Virus record (IMG/VR): IMGVR_UViG_3300033388_007403 | DNA: 64,000 bases | Source of the DNA: an uncultured virus (IMG/VR IMGVR_UViG_3300033388_007403) | Taxonomy: Duplodnaviria; Heunggongvirae; Uroviricota; Caudoviricetes | Strand: one strand, 5' to 3' | Part shown: positions 62,112-64,000 of the stretch, in pieces | Position numbering within the stretch: the first letter of the stretch is position 1 | Layout of the letters: every line of letters starts with the position of its first letter | Translations under genes and position numbers: made by a program | The notes under the pieces: model-generated | Databases searched by the model: none | The model's input: only the letters and a program-made list of their open reading frames with translations | Told to the model about the DNA's origin: nothing

Positions 62112-62183
62112 ATAGTCCTTTGCGGTAGACCTATATTATCTACCCTTCAAGTGATCAACTAAGGCTATTTTCAAACAAAGGAA

Positions 62184-62254
62184 TGGAGATACCGAGAATC
62201 GAACTCGGATTTGGACATTGCAAGTGTCCTGTGCTCCCGTTACACTATACCCCC
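62184..62254 (-). tRNA. tRNA-Ala(TGC)
   Basis: GGACA-CTTGCAA-TGTCC; G3:U70. Confidence 0.9.
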
Positions 62255-62579
62255 AACTAATTAATCATTCATCATCATAAAAACAAAAATTAAAATAATA
62301 ATCCAAAATACTGACATCTCTCCCCCCCTAAATCTCTATTTATTTCACTCTCCTAAAGAGATCCACAGTAGCAGTAATCGGTGCTAGAGCTGTATGAAAT
62401 AAGAATTTGATAAACAAAAATGGTCCTACAGGATCAGCAGTATAAAAATATTCATCTGCTTTCCATTTTCCCCATTCCAAACACATCCATGCATAACATA
62501 CTTCCATAATCATTACTCTTTCCTTTCTTTTTTACTTTACTAATGAGACTTTTTCTTACTCTGGCGGAATTAAAAAAAT

Positions 62580-62706
62580 GTGGATACGGTGTTAGAGAAC
62601 ATATTAAAACTCTACCAATTGAGATATACAGTGCCAGGCACTGCACCAGGACTCGAACCTAGATACTTTGATTTAACAGTCAGATAACGTTCACTATTCA
62701 ACCCAC
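62580..62706 (-). ncRNA. YrlA-like Y RNA (permuted tRNA mimic)
   Basis: Terminal stem enclosing T arm, closed acceptor hairpin and D arm in that order. Confidence 0.7.
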
Positions 62707-62711
62707 TTTAA

Positions 62712-62784
62712 TCTCTCTAGAAGGATTCGAACCTTCACCCCACGGCCCCAAACCGCGCGTGCAACCAAGTAACACTTTAGAGAG
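62712..62784 (-). tRNA. tRNA-Pro(TGG)
   Basis: CGCGG-TTTGGGG-CCGTG; C1:G72. Confidence 0.88.
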
Positions 62785-62790
62785 TAAAAT

Positions 62791-62857
62791 AACGGATACG
62801 TTAATACAAAAAAGTTTTAGCCATTTCAAGTAGATAACTTTCTCATTTCAACCCGTT
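62791..62857 (-). ncRNA. minimal Y-RNA-like gene (terminal stem only)
   Basis: Shares GGGTTGAA..GTTATCT 5' and CGTATCC 3' with 62580-62706. Confidence 0.55.
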
Positions 62858-62960
62858 AAAATTAAGTAATAAGACAGAATCCAGCTCTGACATACACTTT
62901 CTTATGAAAGTGTGTTTTAATAAAAGATTAAATTAAACTATTATTACTTAATATATTAAA

Positions 62961-63035
62961 TAGCGGAGGATGGATTCGAACCACCGACTTTTTGGTTATG
63001 AGCCAAACGAGCTGACCAGACTGCTCTACCCCGCG
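62961..63035 (-). tRNA. tRNA-fMet(CAT)-like
   Basis: CGCGGGGTAGAGCAG start, unpaired C1; loop CTCATAA. Confidence 0.9.
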
Positions 63036-63096
63036 ATAAAAATATCTTATAAATAATTAAGGCTGACAATCTAACCAGACTGCTCTACCCCGTAAA

Positions 63097-63136
63097 TAGC
63101 GATATTCGGAATCGAACCGAAGACTCAGACGTATGA
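63097..63136 (-). pseudogene. 3' half of interrupted tRNA(CAT)
   Basis: TCATAC-GTCTG-AGTC-TTCGG TTCGATT CCGAA-TATCGCT-A. Confidence 0.85.
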
Positions 63137-63143
63137 TTTTTAA

Positions 63144-63215
63144 TAGTAGGGACTGGATTTGAACCAGCATTATCCTTCGTATGAAAAAGGAGCATTGTCA
63201 TTATGCTACCCTACC
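63144..63215 (-). tRNA. tRNA(CAT) carried inside the insertion
   Basis: GGTAGGG/CCCTACT; CCTTT-TTCATAC-GAAGG. Confidence 0.85.
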
Positions 63216-63218
63216 TTT

Positions 63219-63869
63219 TTAAAACAACCATTTATCAGAATTATCTTTTACAAACTCTTTAATCGAACCAAAAATTTGTTGAGCAATTCTTGTATTATTT
63301 ATAGATACTGTGCATATACCATAAGGATGTTTTACTTTTGTATTATCATAATATTTACTTTTAAGTGTGCATTTTCTCAAACAACTGACAGGTAGTTTTA
63401 ATTGATTGCACCAATATGACTGAATATCTTCTAATGTTAGATTATTATTAAGATAGTATTGAAAAGTAATGCTAAAATCATTATCTTGAACATTAAAATA
63501 TTTACGAAGAAATTTAACAAAATAAGAAATCATTTTAATATCACTATTTGTTAATCTTACATAATTTTTACATTTAGTTCCTTCTCCCCAGAATAAAGCA
63601 CATCCAAATGCATATCCTTTATCTTCATTATGAATTTTTTCTCTTCCTTGAGCTTGATACTCTCTTCTTTTGTTCCTAAAATTTTCAGAATATTTTATAT
63701 AAGATTTATCTCTCAGTTGTAGTTTCTCTCTTTGCTCATTTGTTAGATCAATATCTCTAACCCACAAACTTACTGAACTCTTAGAAACTTTAACACTTTT
63801 TGCTATATCATTTAAAGATAATCCTTGTTGCCTTAATTTTCTACATTCTTCTTTTTCTTTTAATTTCAT
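63219..63869 (-). CDS. HTH plus LAGLIDADG-like putative homing endonuclease
   Basis: LRQQGLSLNDIA..VSKSSVSLW HTH; CALFWGEG..LTNSD..F..FL; promoter AAAGGA-N17-GAACTTATA at 63901-63932. Confidence 0.7.
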   Translation of the reverse strand: MKLKEKEECRKLRQQGLSLNDIAKSVKVSKSSVSLWVRDIDLTNEQREKLQLRDKSYIKYSENFRNKRREYQAQGREKIHNEDKGYAFGCALFWGEGTKCKNYVRLTNSDIKMISYFVKFLRKYFNVQDNDFSITFQYYLNNNLTLEDIQSYWCNQLKLPVSCLRKCTLKSKYYDNTKVKHPYGICTVSINNTRIAQQIFGSIKEFVKDNSDKWLF

Positions 63870-63947
63870 TATAAAACCCTTTATTAATAGAACTCATATA
63901 TATAAGTTCGACAATAAGGGTTAAATTCCTTTAATTATTTTTAAAAA

Positions 63948-63986
63948 TATGAAATCTGTGTGTTAACCGAACTATACCATATCGCT
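63948..63986 (-). pseudogene. 5' half of interrupted tRNA(CAT)
   Basis: AGCGATA-TG-GTAT AGTTCGGTTA ACAC-A-CAGAT-TTCATA. Confidence 0.85.
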
Positions 63987-64000
63987 TTAAAGACCAACAA

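Larger units (their letters stand above)
27057..62567 (-). repeat. dispersed bipartite repeat CCGCCAGAGT-N17-ATAnnGTGT, about 48 copies, probable phage early promoter and cassette boundary
   Basis: + strand core ACTCTGGCG(G) starts at 27083, 27179, 27750, 28093, 28618, 29090, 29960, 30493, 31085, 31427, 31798, 32287, 32775, 33169, 33641, 33991, 34463, 34890, 35501, 35856, 36071, 36336, 36673, 37213, 38173, 38702, 39151, 39585, 40667, 41532, 42548, 43250, 44176, 44815, 45179, 45725, 46628, 48219, 49323, 50020, 51594, 52514, 52688 (variant), 55607, 56881, 57856, 61609, 62558. Confidence 0.95.
63137..63947 (-). mobile_element. endonuclease plus replacement-tRNA cassette inserted in a tRNA anticodon loop
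   Basis: Flanked by TATGA direct repeats (63132-63136, 63948-63952); the flanks rejoin into a full tRNA. Confidence 0.8.

Noticed and set aside
56879..62113. - strand ORFs 56879-57184, 59231-59458, 61545-61727, 61657-61848 and 61814-62113
   Set aside because: They overlap well-formed tRNA genes and are spurious translations.
27083..62567. ACTCTGGCGG repeats as a CRISPR array
   Set aside because: Intervals vary from about 100 bp to several kb and contain whole genes. The repeat is bipartite and non-palindromic, and no cas genes are visible.
27083..62567. Repeat as a classical integron attC or a Chi site
   Set aside because: There is no RYYYAAC/GTTRRRY inverted core or long palindrome and no integrase in the window. 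The resemblance of TCTGGCGG to Chi (GCTGGTGG) does not explain the fixed second box or the strictly gene-leading position.
26508..63395. Numerous + strand ORFs in the track (e.g. 31144-31788, 38123-38686, 48368-48769)
   Set aside because: They are antisense shadows of - strand genes or tRNAs, lack RBSs and cross the repeat (FFSLWR, FHSGG translations).
63137..63947. Group I intron in the tRNA anticodon loop
   Set aside because: The insert is almost entirely promoter, ORF and a full tRNA, leaving no room for a ribozyme core, and it has a 5-bp target duplication. This was judged by eye, not by a model search.

Overview
This window is AT-rich DNA from a large (jumbo-type) tailed phage, with almost all genes on the - strand. 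It has four zones. (1) 0.5-20 kb: metabolic and accessory genes (SLOG, DHH phosphoesterase, Asp-box propeller, RNase HI, radical SAM, DUF3228, a probable histone-fold protein, HNHs). At least 17 reading frames here, from mostly unrelated small proteins, end in a shared C-terminal peptide R-F-x-L-M-D/E-hydrophobic. (2) 13-17 kb and 20.6-25.9 kb: genes behind a second, probably late, promoter class (AAAGG-N17-GAATATA, 8 copies). Twelve ORFs here, with mostly unrelated bodies (GNATs, ART-like, ParB-like), begin with the same N-terminal peptide MNWYK. (3) 26.4-62.6 kb: an array of about 48 same-orientation copies of a bipartite element, CCGCCAGAGT-N17-ATAnnGTGT on the - strand. Each copy heads a one-to-few-gene or RNA-only unit and often abuts the previous stop codon or tRNA end. 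The units include WGR-PARP, macrodomain, SprT, 3D, DUF932 and GHKL ATPase genes plus locally duplicated cassettes. (4) 56.9-64 kb: about 25 tRNA genes, two Y-RNA-like genes, HNH genes, and a tRNA(CAU) split at its anticodon by an endonuclease cassette that carries a replacement tRNA(CAU). No integrase, CRISPR or core capsid/replication gene is visible. Product calls come from motif recognition by eye and counts are manual.
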